A stretch of 64,000 nt of DNA from Octopus bimaculoides (Eukaryota): positions 73,815,939-73,879,938 of the forward strand of contig NC_068986.1 of NCBI RefSeq assembly GCF_001194135.2, read 5' to 3'. Both the position numbers and the translations under genes were made by a program. Position 1 is the stretch's first letter, and every line of letters starts with the position of its first letter. Shown here in pieces: positions 36,928-49,720 of the stretch. The notes under the pieces were generated by a model. It had not been told where the DNA came from. It made no database searches and saw only the letters and a list, made by a program, of their open reading frames with translations.

Positions 36928-37711
36928 CCAGGGGTTCTCGACCAATTATTAGCTATGGATCCCTTTGATTACTATTTTGTTCTGGTGGACCCCATAGCCA
37001 TTCGATGTTTAAAAACTAGTTTTATAGAAACTCCTTTCAAAATTCTTATTTTGCTTTTCACACATTAACTCGTGTAGGTTGAACTCTTTACTCTTTTTTT
37101 TTACTCTTTTTACTTGTTTCAGTCTTTTGACTGTGGCCATGCTGGAGCACCACCTTTAGTCGTGCAAATCGACCCCAGGACTTATTCTTTGGAAGCCTAG
37201 TACTTNNNNNNNNNNCCGAACCGCTAAGTTACGGGGACATAAACACACCAGCATCGGTTGTCAAGCGATGTTGGGGGGACAAACACAGACATACAAACAC
37301 ATACACACATACATATATATATATATACATATATACGACGGGCTTCTTTCAGTTTCCGTCTACCAAATCCACTCACAAGGCTTTGGTCGGCCCGAGGCTA
37401 TAGTAGAAGACACTTGCCCAAGGTGCCACGCAGTGGGAATGAACCCGGGACCATGTGGTTGGTAAGCAAGCTACTTACCACACAGCCACTCAACTATGTA
37501 AAATGTTTGAGAAAAAAACTTAACTGTTTCTTGTCATAAATACTAATACATACATGTAAAGCAAAGTTTTTTCAAGGGCCCTTAAAATACTATTTTGGAT
37601 CCCCAATTTACTATTTTGTTGTGTGGATCCCCAATTTACTATTTTGTTGTGTGGATCCCCAAAAATCTTATATGGACCCTCAGGGGCTATTTGGACTCCA
37701 GTTGAGAGCCA
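36928..37711. mobile_element. hAT-like MITE containing a family A SINE (37085-37490, minus) and a 28-bp internal tandem duplication
   Basis: Left end CAGGGGTTCTCGACC, right end GTTGAGAGCCACTA. The SINE sits at GTTGAACT|ATGT with AACT on both sides; GGATCCCCAATTTACTATTTTGTTGTGT is repeated at about 37598-37660. Confidence 0.7.
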
Positions 37712-38110
37712 CTATCCTAGACATAAAGCTGAGAAACATTTTAGGGATGACATCAAAAACAACCTTAAGGCTCTTAGTGTGGATGTTGAAAACTGGGAGC
37801 AGATGGCAGAAAATCAATTGATTTGGAATGGAGTGATCTATGATGGTTGTAAAGCTTTTATAACAAGAAGAATACGATGCTCCCTTTTGAAACTAGTCCT
37901 TTGTGAATAGGACTTGGCTTCAATCCCAGACATTTTTCCATCTGAAAATGTTTGTTACATCTGCAGCAGGGCTTGTTTGTCCAAAGCTGGACTTGCTGGT
38001 CATATGAGATCTCACGGCAGCATTTACTAATTGAAAAGATAGCCCTCTTCTCTAAAGAAGTAACAATTACCATCTATCTATCTATCTATCTGTCTATCTA
38101 TCTATCTATT
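37712..38110 (+). mobile_element. 3' end of an RTE-clade LINE with one C-terminal C2H2 zinc finger and (CTAT)n tail
   Basis: KHFRDDIKNNLKALSVDVENWEQMAENQLIWNGVIYDGCKAFITRR; in frame after TAG (37908-37910): DLASIPDIFPSENV-CYICSRACLSKAGLAGHMRSH-GSIY*, stop at 38028-38030. Confidence 0.8.
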
Positions 38111-39704
38111 TATCTGTCTGTCTGTCTGTCTGTAAGAAGGGTGTGCTGTTGGAGAGAGAACGAGGGGAGTGGTTAGTAGAACTATTTGGGAAAAAAAGGG
38201 TTGAAATAACACCATTTCAGTATAGATACGACGAGCTGCCAGCTGTTGTATTTTTTGACAATATAAAACAGTATTTGTTGTAATTTTGTGTTAAGGAAAA
38301 GATACAAGACTATAAAGTAAAACTGTAATTTAAAAAAGCAGTAAAATGGAACTACCTACTTTGTGGGGTAGGAAAGCTATTTCATTCTCACATTAATTAT
38401 ATTCATAATTCATCCGATATATGTTTTCATGTACCCCAATGTATTGCTTTGTCTGTCCTTGTGCTGTCCCCTCTATGTTTTGGCCGTAGTGCCAAAATAA
38501 AGAAAAGGGTGTTAGTTCAACTGTGTTGGTTTACTGTGTTAGTTCAGCATGTGTTAGTTTAACAGTCGGTAGTTGAACAGTGAATACTGAGTATCGTACC
38601 TATGTTTGAGTAGTACAAAGTGCATTCTGTGTTAACATATTTCTACAATAAGTTATTTTTAGATAAATATAACCAGCTATTTATTTGTGTTATACCATTT
38701 TGCAGCAGATGTGTATACCCAAGTCATAACAATATCAGATAATCTTTGCACCATGTACAACATATACTTGCATATATTTTAGTGTTCTCACACAAGCTCA
38801 CATATTAGCATACAACTGGGTGCCTAGAAAGTTTTTCCCATCTTTTGGTTAAAATTAATAACCAATCATTATTCATTTATCTACCATTCAGTTTCATCTA
38901 ATTATAACCTTAACAAAAGTGCATTGATCACAAATGGCAATAATTTGAATGATTTAGAAACTAAATTACAAATAACTAAAAATATCATGTTTATTGGTCT
39001 GTCAATTCTCTAATTGTATTACTAAGAATGTTATAATGGTAAGAAAACTGATTTAATAACTTGACTTTTTTTCAAGCTTTTATTCTACAGATTGATTAAT
39101 ATTTTTATCAACATTGAATGATTTTGAATACCCTGTGTGCACACATATATACATATAGATCATCATCATTTTAACATCCACTTTTCCATGCTTTGATGGT
39201 TTGGATAGAGTTTATTGAGGTAGATTTTCGACAGCTGGATGCCGTTCCTGTTGCGAACCCTCAAGCATTCCCAAACAAGGTAATATTTCCCCATGGCCAG
39301 ACATCTTCTCACACTATTTTGGAAATGAATGACACTGTTTGTAATGACAGTGAAAATAATTTACAACAACTGTGTTATGATGAGACAAGGACCCCCCCCC
39401 CCACACACACACACAAGCCCATAGATGCGCGTGCATGTAAACGTGTGTGTGAGTGCACACACACATATTCTATGGGCTTCTTTTAGCTTCCATTTGCCAA
39501 TTCCAATCACAAAGTTTTGTTTGGCTTATGGCTATAGTAAAAGACACTTGCAGTGGGACTGAACCCAGAACCATGCAGTTTAGAAACAAACTTCTTACCA
39601 CACAGCTTCACCTACGCCTACACAGACAGAAATATACATGTGTACATGTGTATGTGAGTTGTTTATTGTGAAAAAGGGGAAAGCTGCATTCGATCACAAA
39701 TGAT

Positions 39705-39962
39705 CATAAGATTGCACCCAGAAAGTTCCCCTCTGAGACACAAGTCCAGGTAAGGTGGTTTTTTTGGAAGACCAGCAGTCACCCATGCATACCAGCCTCC
39801 CCCTCTCCATACCAAGATAAAAGCAAAGACCAATACAGCTTGGCACCAGTGATATCACAACTCATTTTTACAGCTGAGTGAACTGGAGCAACGTCAAATA
39901 AAGTGTCTTGCTCAAGAACACAACACACAGCCCAGTTTGCAAATCGAACCTACTACAATTGT
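39705..39962 (-). mobile_element. tRNA-derived SINE, family C (partial)
   Basis: Reverse complement of the 45820-46154 and 60879-61197 body (AAAGTGTCTTGCTCAAGAACACAA). Confidence 0.75.
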
Positions 39963-40169
39963 GAGATAATTACAGAGGATATCTACAGAGATAAATATAC
40001 ATTTTTATAGATAACAGGCAATGCTATAGAGATCTAGATATAGCAGAATTTCTGGATGTAAACATAGATTTTAATCCTATTGGTAGAAGGCTAATATATA
40101 TGTTTTCCTTGGATGACTGCTTTCCTTTTGTCCTGTTGTTACCATTATTTATTAATGAAATAAATTAAA

Positions 40170-40470
40170 CAATGAAATCTCAGTAATGTAGGATTTACTT
40201 CCAATCCCATCAGTCACACCATGTGAATTTCTTTTGGATGAAAATCAATTTTAGAAGTGATTAGTGTTGCTTTATCCTGTTAACTCTTAGACATCTTCTT
40301 CACTCTGTGTCCATAAACAATCCATGTTTTCATCATCCATCACTGTCCATTTTAAAAATACTTTTTGTTGTGTTTCATAAAGCATGTCAGAAATAATGGG
40401 GATGTAATACATTCAGTTTTTCTCAGATACATTCTGTATGGAAGCCACAAAGCATAACAATTCACGGAAT
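40170..40470 (-). mobile_element. Decayed mariner transposase fragment
   Basis: SEKN*MYYIPIISDMLYETQQKVFLKWTVMDDE, then after a frameshift TWIVYGHRVKKMSKS*...TSKIDFHPKEIHMV; matches mariner EKNL..RI.IC..L......FLKR.VTGDEKWI.Y...KRSW......K..LHPKK. Confidence 0.6.
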
Positions 40471-41022
40471 AAAAGAGAGATATTTCATTTAAAATAGAGA
40501 GTGATATTTTGTTTCTGTTTTGAGTATCTTCTCCAAATCCAATGTGGACTTGTGTAGATTTATTGTCTGTTACTGTTGTTTAGGCCCTCAATGAGCAGAC
40601 TTATAATCAAAGAGGTTCTAATTGAAATCTTACTTTCTCATAAATATAGTAGTGTAACTGTGTTGGCATTATCTAGTGTATATTACGGTATCAGGCAAAA
40701 CGCTTAGCAGCATCTCATCTATCTTTACGCTCTGAGTTCAAATTTGGCCAAGGCTGACTTTGCTTTCATTCTTCTGGGGTCAATAAAATAAGTACCAGTT
40801 GAATCCTGAGGTTGATGTAATTGACTTATCCCTATTTCGAAATTGCTGGTCTTGTGCCAAAATTTGAAATCAGTATCTAGTGTATATTTCTATTGTTAAG
40901 ATGACAGAGTATGATTTGAAGAAGACTTGACTACAGTTTCTTGAGAAGGTCTCTCCATGTTTCATCTCTTTTGAATATCATTCATAGTGAAAAATCTACA
41001 GAAGAGATTCTAAAGACTTTAA

Positions 41023-41240
41023 CCCTTTAGAGTTTAGGTTATTCTGTTAAATGTAATGCTTATTTATTCATATTGTTTTGAATTAATCACGAATTATCTT
41101 GTAGCTTTAAGATTCTGATGACGTAGTTTATTTTTAGAATGACATTCTAGGGAAGGTGTGAAGGGGCCAGATTCTGCCAGCTTGAACACAAAGCAGGTAG
41201 AATATTTGGGCTGGATATGGCCGATTTAAATGCTAAAGGG
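41023..41240. mobile_element. piggyBac-like MITE (opposite orientation to 18640-18860)
   Basis: TTAA-CCCTTTAGAGTT ... AAATGCTAAAGGG-TGAA. Confidence 0.75.
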
Positions 41241-41298
41241 TGAAGGGTGGAATATCCAGCTTTAAACTGGTAAAAAGTTTTTTCAACTAAAATCCAAA

Positions 41299-41332
<34 letters not shown>

Positions 41333-43189
41333 GGGTTGCTGTGTCATCTGGTTTGTGTTACTAGTCCATGGATTTACATCAGGAAGCTCAGTCTGCTTTG
41401 GTAGACTAACAGCCACTGCAGCAGTAGAGTTGTGGTCTCAGCTGCAATGCTTGAATTCTAAACCACTGTGTACCACTGTGTGCCACTGTTGTACAGGAGG
41501 GAGAGCTCAGTTGTTGGTTTTATTTTTACTAGCATGCTTGTCATCAGCAGCAAGCTTCAGCTTTTCTTTTCCACCTTCCACAAAAGGAGGTCCTCTCATC
41601 ATGTCACATTCATGTTCAGTGACTTCATATCTCTTGCAGACATTTTTGATACAAAGACAACGGTCATCCTTGAATACAGTTTACACGGTTCTAAATAAAC
41701 TGATTACATGCAGTGTTGGATTAACCATTAAGCAAAATAAGCACATACTTAGGCATCAAAGGAAGTGATGGTGGGGACACACACACACACACACACCACA
41801 GAAATGGTAAATGGTTTATGGCACAAAAGAAATTACTTTAAACTTGATAAAATGATATTCAAAGTGGTTTATATGATTAGAAATATAATTTCAAAGTGCT
41901 CATGGTGTCATAGTGAGGATCTGATCAAAGATTGCAATTAAAAATGTAGGAGAAAAAATTTCAAATATAAATAAAGTGAATGTATAGAAAAATAAACATT
42001 ATTTTACATCTTACTGCTTCACTTGGAAAAATAAAAAAACTATTTTATAGTTTATAACTGTTTATATTTTGAATTATATATCTTGAATCTTTTAAGTGCT
42101 TAAGGGCATTTACGAGTCTTAATCCAGGCTTGATTACATGGCATCTAATATACAGTTGACATGGTTCTGTACACTTGATATATTGTTTACATGGCTCCAT
42201 GATGTCTCAGTGAGACAACGTTGTAACAATTTGAAGATGCTGGTTGTTTGGGCCTGGGCCAAGATCTCGCCATTGGCCTCGCATGCACCTTCTCCTGCCA
42301 ACATACACTCACACGCATGTACACATAAGGCACATATCCAGCTCGCTATCAATTCTCATCTATAATAAACCAGCTTCAATAAATCTCTCTCTCTCCACAC
42401 ACACATACACACACACACGCACACATACACATGCACAAACACACATGCATATTCTTTTATTCTTTTACTTGTTTCAGTCATTTGAGTTTGGCCATGCTGG
42501 AGCACCACCTTAAAGGGATTTTAGTCTACTTGTAAGGCTGTTACACTCATGGTCCCTAGATTGTGGGTTCAATATCTGGGCTCAGTGGTGCATTGTATTC
42601 TTGAGCAAAACACTTCATTTCACATTGCTCCAGTCCCATTTTTGATCAAGGGGAATGTTGGCCTGCTTGCCTAGTGAGTGGGGTGGTGTTACTTGAAGGC
42701 TAAAACAATGCAAAAATGCATTGTGACCAGCAATGTGTAACAATATCTGATAGCCTGGTTGGTCATGTGATTACATGATACACACGCACATATGTATGTA
42801 TTTGTGTGTGTGCGTGTATGTGTATATGCATGCGTGATGCTGACTTCCTATTAATAGCGAGGCAAAAAAAGGCAGTGAACTGGCAGAATCATTAGCAATG
42901 CTGGGCAAAATGCTTAGTGGTATGTATTTTGTCCGTCATTATGTTGTGAGTTCAACATAATGAGGTCAACTTTGCCTTTCATCCCTTGTCGAGTCAATAA
43001 AATAAGTACCAGTAGAGCACTGGGGTCAATGTAATTGACTTATCCCTGCCCCTAAAATTGCTGGCCTTGTGCCAAAATTTAAATCCAATAGTTACGCAAA
43101 AAGCAGCAATATATGATACAATAATTCAATATAAAAAGTTTGTTAATAAGTAATGCAGAAGCTAGCATTGAATCATCTGTTTTACCACC

Positions 43190-43680
43190 AGTAATTTAGT
43201 ATACTAAACTATATACTACTACTACTACTGCATGAATATCTGTACATAAATAGTATTGCTGCACCAGTAATTGTGCATATATAGTTATGATGCACCAGTA
43301 ATTGTACATATATAGTAATACTACAGCAGTAAATGTGCATACTAACCTATATAAAGTTGTTACACCTGTAAATGTGCATATATAACACTGGTGCACCAGT
43401 ACTCGTCCATGCTAAACTATGTAGTGTTGCTGCACCACGTTGTGCAGCAGGAATTGCACGTATAAACTATATCATGCTGCTTCATCAGTAATCATGCATG
43501 CTGCAGTGTAGTGTTAGTGCACCAGTAATTGTGCATACTAAAGTATATAGTGTTGCTGCATCAGTAAATGTGCATATATAACTCTGCTGCACCAGTTATT
43601 GTGTATACATACTAAAGTGTGCAGTACTGCTACATCAATAATTCAACTTCACATTATTGCTTATCACCAGTCATACAATT
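43190..43680. repeat. Degenerate minisatellite with core GCACCAGTAATTGTGCATA and irregular ~30-45-bp units
   Basis: About a dozen imperfect recurrences of the core are visible. Confidence 0.75.
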
Positions 43681-45249
43681 TGCTAAAGTTTCCTATATTC
43701 CAGATTGCTATCTTCTTAACTACCTTTGATTGCGTTCTATTCATAAGTTGTCCAATTAACATTGTAGTGCCATAATATAACGATGGGTAGAATGGTGGTG
43801 TGGGATGAGAGGTAATACTGCTGCTGCTGCTGCTGCTGCTTCTTGCTTCACAGAACTGAAGCCAAATGGAGGCAGTGTCATTTATTATTCAGTCTCAATC
43901 GGAATTCAACTGTTTTTGTTTTCTGTCAATGCTAAACTAATGAGTTTTGATTTGTCTAGCCCCACTGGATATAACAAGATAAAAAGACACTAGTAATGGA
44001 CAGTAATTTCTGTTCTGTAGTTCTTCAGGGACGAAGGTTCATTGCTATATCTTATTTATCTATTGTTTTTTTAAATCATTCATGAGAGGACAAGGCTATC
44101 TTTCTGTCAATAAACGTTCTATTTCTTGTTAGAGTTTACAGTTCTGTGTTGCTTTCATATGTTTATACATCTAGACTAGCTATAGAACTGAGCACTGAAC
44201 TTTAATTTTTAAAGAAGTTGTGACACAGTGCCACATTGCAGTTTCTGTTGTCAGTGAATGAAATAAAACAAGAAATTCATCATAATTTGACGTCCCACTT
44301 TTCCATGCTTACATGGGTCAAATGGAAATATGTCGAGGCAGATTTTCTATGGCTAAATGTCCTTTGTATATTAAAGAAGGTTATTCCAATGAAATTTTAT
44401 TCTCCTTTATATTGCACTCAACACTTTAAAAATGGAGGAACAGTCTAGATAATGTAATCCTAGATACTATAGGCATAAAAAAAAACAAGACTGGATAGTC
44501 ACAACTAGAATGCATTTAATTGTAGATCTGCTTGATAAGACCTGACCTGTGGTTATACAACAACAAGATTAAATCCGATCATTTTACAATAGATACAGAT
44601 CTCCTGTTTCTTCACCAAATTAAATTTTGTTGAAATCCATACAAGTAATTTTTTGGCGAAGAATCCTTTTTTTTTTTCTAAACAGCAAACAGCAGGTTAA
44701 AAACTAGATGGAATTTTAGTTTGCCTTAACATATACTGAAATTTTCTATTAAGCTAAAGATTCCAAACAATGGGTTAAATATGACCCCTGGGATGTAAAC
44801 ATTTACATGATAGAGGCTATATACACACACACACACACACACATCCACATATATATATATATATATATCATATCATATCTGAAGATTAAGTATTTATTTA
44901 TTACTGTTTATTATTTACTAATTCTATGATGTAAAATCTTAATAATAAATTCATTCTATATTCTTTTTCCTATTGGCTACTTGTATTTTTTTTACAAGAA
45001 AGTAGGTGGGGCTTGGTGAAAAAGATGGCAGCACATCTCTTTTGTTCACTGTACATTACGTTCTTTCACATATGCCAATTGCTCGTCTCTCAATCATTCC
45101 TTCCACTTCTCAATTCCCACTGCACTATGCTTCCAGTGTGACTGAGGATGGCAGTAGACATCTTCTGTTTATCATACACTGCTTCCAGGGTAACTAAAGT
45201 TGCCTCTGAACCCATTCTAACCTTATCCTTCACACACTTTTATGCTAAT

Positions 45250-45700
45250 GACCTGTAAATGACCCACCTGCTTTCCATTCCCTCTGCCACTACTCACATC
45301 ACTCAGTCACTTCAGACCATCTTGTAGCCTATGTGTTGGTGGCTACACTGGACCACTTGTGCCATGTTTATTCCACCTTCCCCTTCCCACCCTGTACTGC
45401 CTGTCATCACCCCTGATTCCTCTGATTGTCAGCATATTCTTGCTTCTTCTTTTCTCACACATCTTGGACCACACTCATCACTCTGTCTCCTGGGTTACAT
45501 AGGCCTCTGTCATCCCTGCTAATATCTCAATCATGTTGTGTTCACTAGAAATACAAATACTTACCTTGGAATACAGAGTACTCCTATCACTCTATCCCTT
45601 ATCACACATACCCCTTATCATGATTCTTTTCTTTTTGCCTCACTCATACATTCTTCTCACTGCAAAGAGATCAGCAAGTGAGCAGAGACACGGGGTTGTA
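45250..45700 (-). mobile_element. Highly decayed RTE-like RT C-terminal fragment
   Basis: Fragments RIMIRGMCDKG*SDR and GRGR..KTW resemble RMLRWMCGV...DR and RGRP.K.W; many stops and frameshifts. Confidence 0.4.
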
Positions 45701-45819
45701 AAGGCCTTTTAGCCTTGTTGAGGACATGCCTTCTCTCTGGAGCTGGTATCATGGATAAAGCACAGTGTACACTCTATAAAGTGATTGATGTTAAGATAGT
45801 TATTCAGCTGCATAATGAA

Positions 45820-46154
45820 GGCACATAACTCAGTGATTAGAGCATTGGGCTCACAATCATGAGGTAGTGGGTTCGATTCCTGAACCAGGCTGTGTATTTT
45901 TTTCTTGAGCAAGAGACTTTATTTCATGTTGCTCCAGTTCACTCAGCTGTAGAAATGAGGTGTGAGGTTACTGGTGCCAAGTTATATTGGCCTTTGCCTT
46001 TCCTTTGGATAACATCAATGGTGTGGAGAGGGAAGGCTGGTATGCATGAGTGACTGTTGGTCTTCCATAAACAGCCTTGCCTGGTCTTGTGCCTCAGAGG
46101 GTAACTTTCTAGTGCAATCCCATGGTCATTCATGAACGAAGAAGGTTTTACCCC
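45820..46154 (+). mobile_element. tRNA-derived SINE, family C, full length
   Basis: CTCAGTGATTAGAGC (box A), GGGTTCGATTCC (box B), CTTGAGCAAGAGACTTTATTTC CORE-like block. Confidence 0.85.
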
Positions 46155-46505
46155 TTTCCTTATTCAGCTGTAGAAAACAAACCAAAAATGAAATGGGTGT
46201 GAAATGAGGTCCCCTGACCCATGTAGGTAAACAGTACACCCGAATGCATGCTAATTCAAACACGATGTCCCTGCAACTTAGCAGTTTGGCAGAAAAAAAA
46301 AAAACCAATAGAATAAGTATCAGGCTTAAAAAAACATAAATACTGGGGCTGATTTATTTGACTAAAAGTTCTTCAAGGTGGTGCTCCTGCATGATTTCAG
46401 TCTAATGACTGAAACAGATCTAAAGTAAAAGATAAAACATAACTTCTCAGCATGGAAAGCAGATGTAAAATGATGATGATAATGATGTGTGTATGTATGT
46501 GTGTA

Positions 46506-46569
<64 letters not shown>

Positions 46570-46715
46570 CGTGCGTGCGTGCGTAAACATATTTTTATAC
46601 TGAGGCATGATCAACAAATTTCAAGGCGAGACTGGCAAATAATTTAGCTTCATTTAAGGATAGAGAGAAAATGCATTGCACAAGCTTAAGTGTATTTATC
46701 TGGTTCCTTAAAATA

Positions 46716-47931
46716 TTCGGTCATCCCATAAATAATGTGGGATTTTTACACTTCTTTTATTTTTCAAAATTAAGATAAACAAAGTTCTTTTCTAATCTAA
46801 AATATTCTTCCATCTATCTGGTAGACTTGCAAGGCCGCTCTTTCAAAATTCACTTGTTCATGATGAAAAATATTCCTCCAGTGCTTTTCTGACTTCGTCT
46901 ACATAATTCACATGTTTCCCATCCTAATGATTTTGAAGACTGTGGAACAAATGATAATCAGATGGGGCAATGACCCGCGAATATGGTGGGTGAGGCATCG
47001 TTTCTCATTCAAACTGCTCCAGCCTTTGGGATGTCTTCCTTGCTGTATGTGACTGAGCACTATCCTGATGGAAGAACACCTTTCGTCTTGAAACCAAAGA
47101 TGGTCATTTTTCTTCTAGCACTGACTTAATCTGCTCAAGCTGTTTGCAGTAGATCTTTGTTATCGTTTGGTTTGGGTTTAAAAGTTCAAAGTAGACTAAA
47201 CTTTTCATATCCCACCAAACAGATAACAGCACCTTACGTGGGCAGAGACCTTCTTTAGCCTGGGGTGCCGGTGTTTCTCCTTTCCCTACCCACTGTCTTC
47301 GGTACTTGACATTTTTATAGAGAACCCATTTCTCGTCACCAGTCACTATTCAGTTTAAAAAAGGTTCATTCATGAAACATGACAGTAAAGCAGAGCACAC
47401 ATTCACTCTCTGCGTGTTATTAGACTTGGAAAGTTTGTGAGGAACCCATTGACTCAATTTGCTGATTTTTCCAATGGCATGCAGGTGTCGACAAATGGTT
47501 GAATGACCAAATCCAAGCTTATGATGGTATTTTGTTCCACCAGGGTTTGCAGGACATCCTTGTTGAGCTCTACAGATCTTCCAGGATGAGGCTCATCTTC
47601 TAGGTTGGAGTTTTCGGCTCGGAATTTCTGGAACCATCGTTGACACTGGCTTACGCTTATTGTCTGGTTCTCATAAACTTCATTAATACTCCTCACACTT
47701 TCTGTTGCATTGTTGCCTTTATTGAACTCCTAAAGCAAAATATGCCGAATATGCTCGTTTGTCACTTCCATTATAGTTTTGAAAATTAACTGTTAAAATC
47801 GAACTGCACTGTTCAAAACTTGCACTAAGAATAAGTTTTATAGCAAGTTGATGCAGGTAGTTTATCCCATCCCCCTCTGACTTTTAGTTCACACAATTGA
47901 AAAAAACTGCATTATTTATGGGATGACCCAA
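46716..47931 (-). mobile_element. Full-length (1216 bp) inactive mariner DNA transposon
   Basis: TA-flanked TIRs: TTCGGTCATCCCATAAATAATG (46716 onward) and the reverse complement of TTGGGTCATCCCATAAATAATG (ending 47931); TA at 46714-46715 and 47932-47933. Confidence 0.92.
46790..47771 (-). pseudogene. Mariner DD(34)D-type transposase pseudogene
   Basis: MEVTNEHIRHILL*EFNKGNNATES..., QRWFQKFR, EDEPHPGR, MTGDEKWVLY, RKVLLSVWWD, FHQDSAQSH, HPPYSRVIAPSDYHLF, LPDRW; several stops and frameshifts. Confidence 0.9.
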
Positions 47932-48710
47932 TAGAAACAATAACTTCAAGATAGAATGGTAATTAACGGACTTAGCAGAACTTTACGTAATTGAGGGGTG
48001 GGGTGGAGATGAAATTTATGTATAGAAGTATTCCATATTTTCACATTGAAACACCAGTTGCTTAATAGTAGGCAAGAACAAGCTCTAAGATGTTCACACC
48101 TTTACAGAAGGGCAATCAGATACGACCATGGAAGAGATTTATAATTAAGTAAGCACTATGTAAATAGGAGATGCCTGAGTTTACATTGTAAAGGTCAATG
48201 TAATATCTAGTCTGCGTATATCAAGTAGTAATCAATATTCTCCATATGTACAACAACATATTTGATAATTCTTGCAATAGAAATACGAGAATAAAACTAC
48301 ACGTAAATTAAAACTTGATTTATACAAATAAAAATTCAAATTGACCAGGCAAGTAAATTATATACATCTGATATATTTAGACTATATCTGAATTAGTGAC
48401 CAGTAATTGTACACAATCTCTGAAACTTACTAATTCATAATTCACCTACGCTACTATTTTTATATTAAGAAAGGAAAAAAAGTACTTCGACCTAATTAAA
48501 GGTCTAGTACTCTTGATTTGAAATTCAAACCTAAGGTCAGTATCGGGTCAACTTTATTACAGTTTTTATAGCCATATCAGGTTTCCAAATCTTCCTCTCA
48601 CATTCTTTGCACTGGAAAACTATACCCACCTACAAAATATGAGGTTAGCTAAGCCTACATGTACTAAGTTTGCTTCAGACCACATCAGTTGATGGACCTT
48701 GGGTAAAGTT

Positions 48711-49068
48711 GCAGGAGTGGCTGTGTGGTAAGTAGCTTGCTTACCAACCACACGGTCCTGGGTTCAGTCCCACTGCGTAGCATCTTGGGAAAGTGTCTCC
48801 TACTATAGCCTCGGGCCGACCAAAGCCTTGTGAGTGGATTTGGTAGATGGAAACTGAAAGAAGCTCGTCGTATATATGTATATATATATATGTGTGTTTG
48901 TGTTTGTCCCCCTAGCATTGTTTGACAACTGATGTTGGTGTGTGTATGTCCCCGTCACTTAGCAGTTTGGCAAAAGAGTCCGATAGAATAAGTCCTGGGG
49001 TCGATTTGCTCGACTAAAGGCAGTGCTCCAGCATGGCTACAGTCAAATGACTGAAACAAGTAAAAGAG
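48711..49068 (+). mobile_element. tRNA-derived SINE, family A
   Basis: GCAGGAGTGGCTGTGTGGTAAG ... GACTGAAACAAGTAAAAGAG. Confidence 0.88.
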
Positions 49069-49489
49069 AGAGACTAATAACCTGTCAAAAGTTACTAAAT
49101 GCAAATGAAAATTGCAAGATCTCTATGCAGCAGAAACATGCATCAGACACATTTAAATCAAATAGAAGTAAAAAAATATGCAGGTGTACTAATCTCTGTA
49201 TTCATTGTAATTGTCTTGACTATTTACTTGGTAAAATATTTATTTATAATCCAGTGAAGTGAACCCAGGATTTGCCCATTGGATGAAATACATTAGGATA
49301 ACTTACCATAAGTAATCTTATATGCTCCTTGTAGCTCAAAACGGTTAGCCATAACCAGGATTATAACTGAGTGCTCATACGGTACCTGCCTGGATACTTT
49401 ATCCCTATCTATTCATTACACACACACATAGAGAGAGAAAGAGAGAGAGAGAGCTTTGAAATGTATTCTATCATATAGAACTGTGTTTT

Positions 49490-49720
49490 TCTTATGTTTT
49501 TATAATATTTCATTGCTATATATAATTTAGAAGTGTTGTATTCTACTATGTGGAACATTATGTTATATACAATATATTACTGCTATATATAACTTAGAAA
49601 TGTATTCTACCATATAGACTGTTGTGTTATATATAACATTATATGGCTATATATAGCTTAGAAGTTAAGTTGTGTTCTGTCATAAAGACTACAATATAAT
49701 TATATTGGACAGAATGTTAT
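49490..49720. repeat. Degenerate AT-rich tandem repeat (~65-bp unit, about 3 copies)
   Basis: GCTATATATAAYTTAGAA / GCTATATATAGCTTAGAA recurs three times, each followed by a TRTTCT motif. Confidence 0.55.

Noticed and set aside
40190-40440. Protein-like minus-strand exon (ISDMLYETQQKVFLKWTVMDDE...)
   Set aside because: It is explained as a decayed mariner transposase.
43190-43680. CRISPR-like repeat-spacer array
   Set aside because: The context is eukaryotic, the repeats are degenerate, the spacers are related to each other and irregular, and there are no cas genes.
45565-45659. Minus-strand segment with a good acceptor and a perfect GTAAGT donor
   Set aside because: It is closed in all three frames and lies within a decayed RTE-like fragment; at most an exonised repeat.
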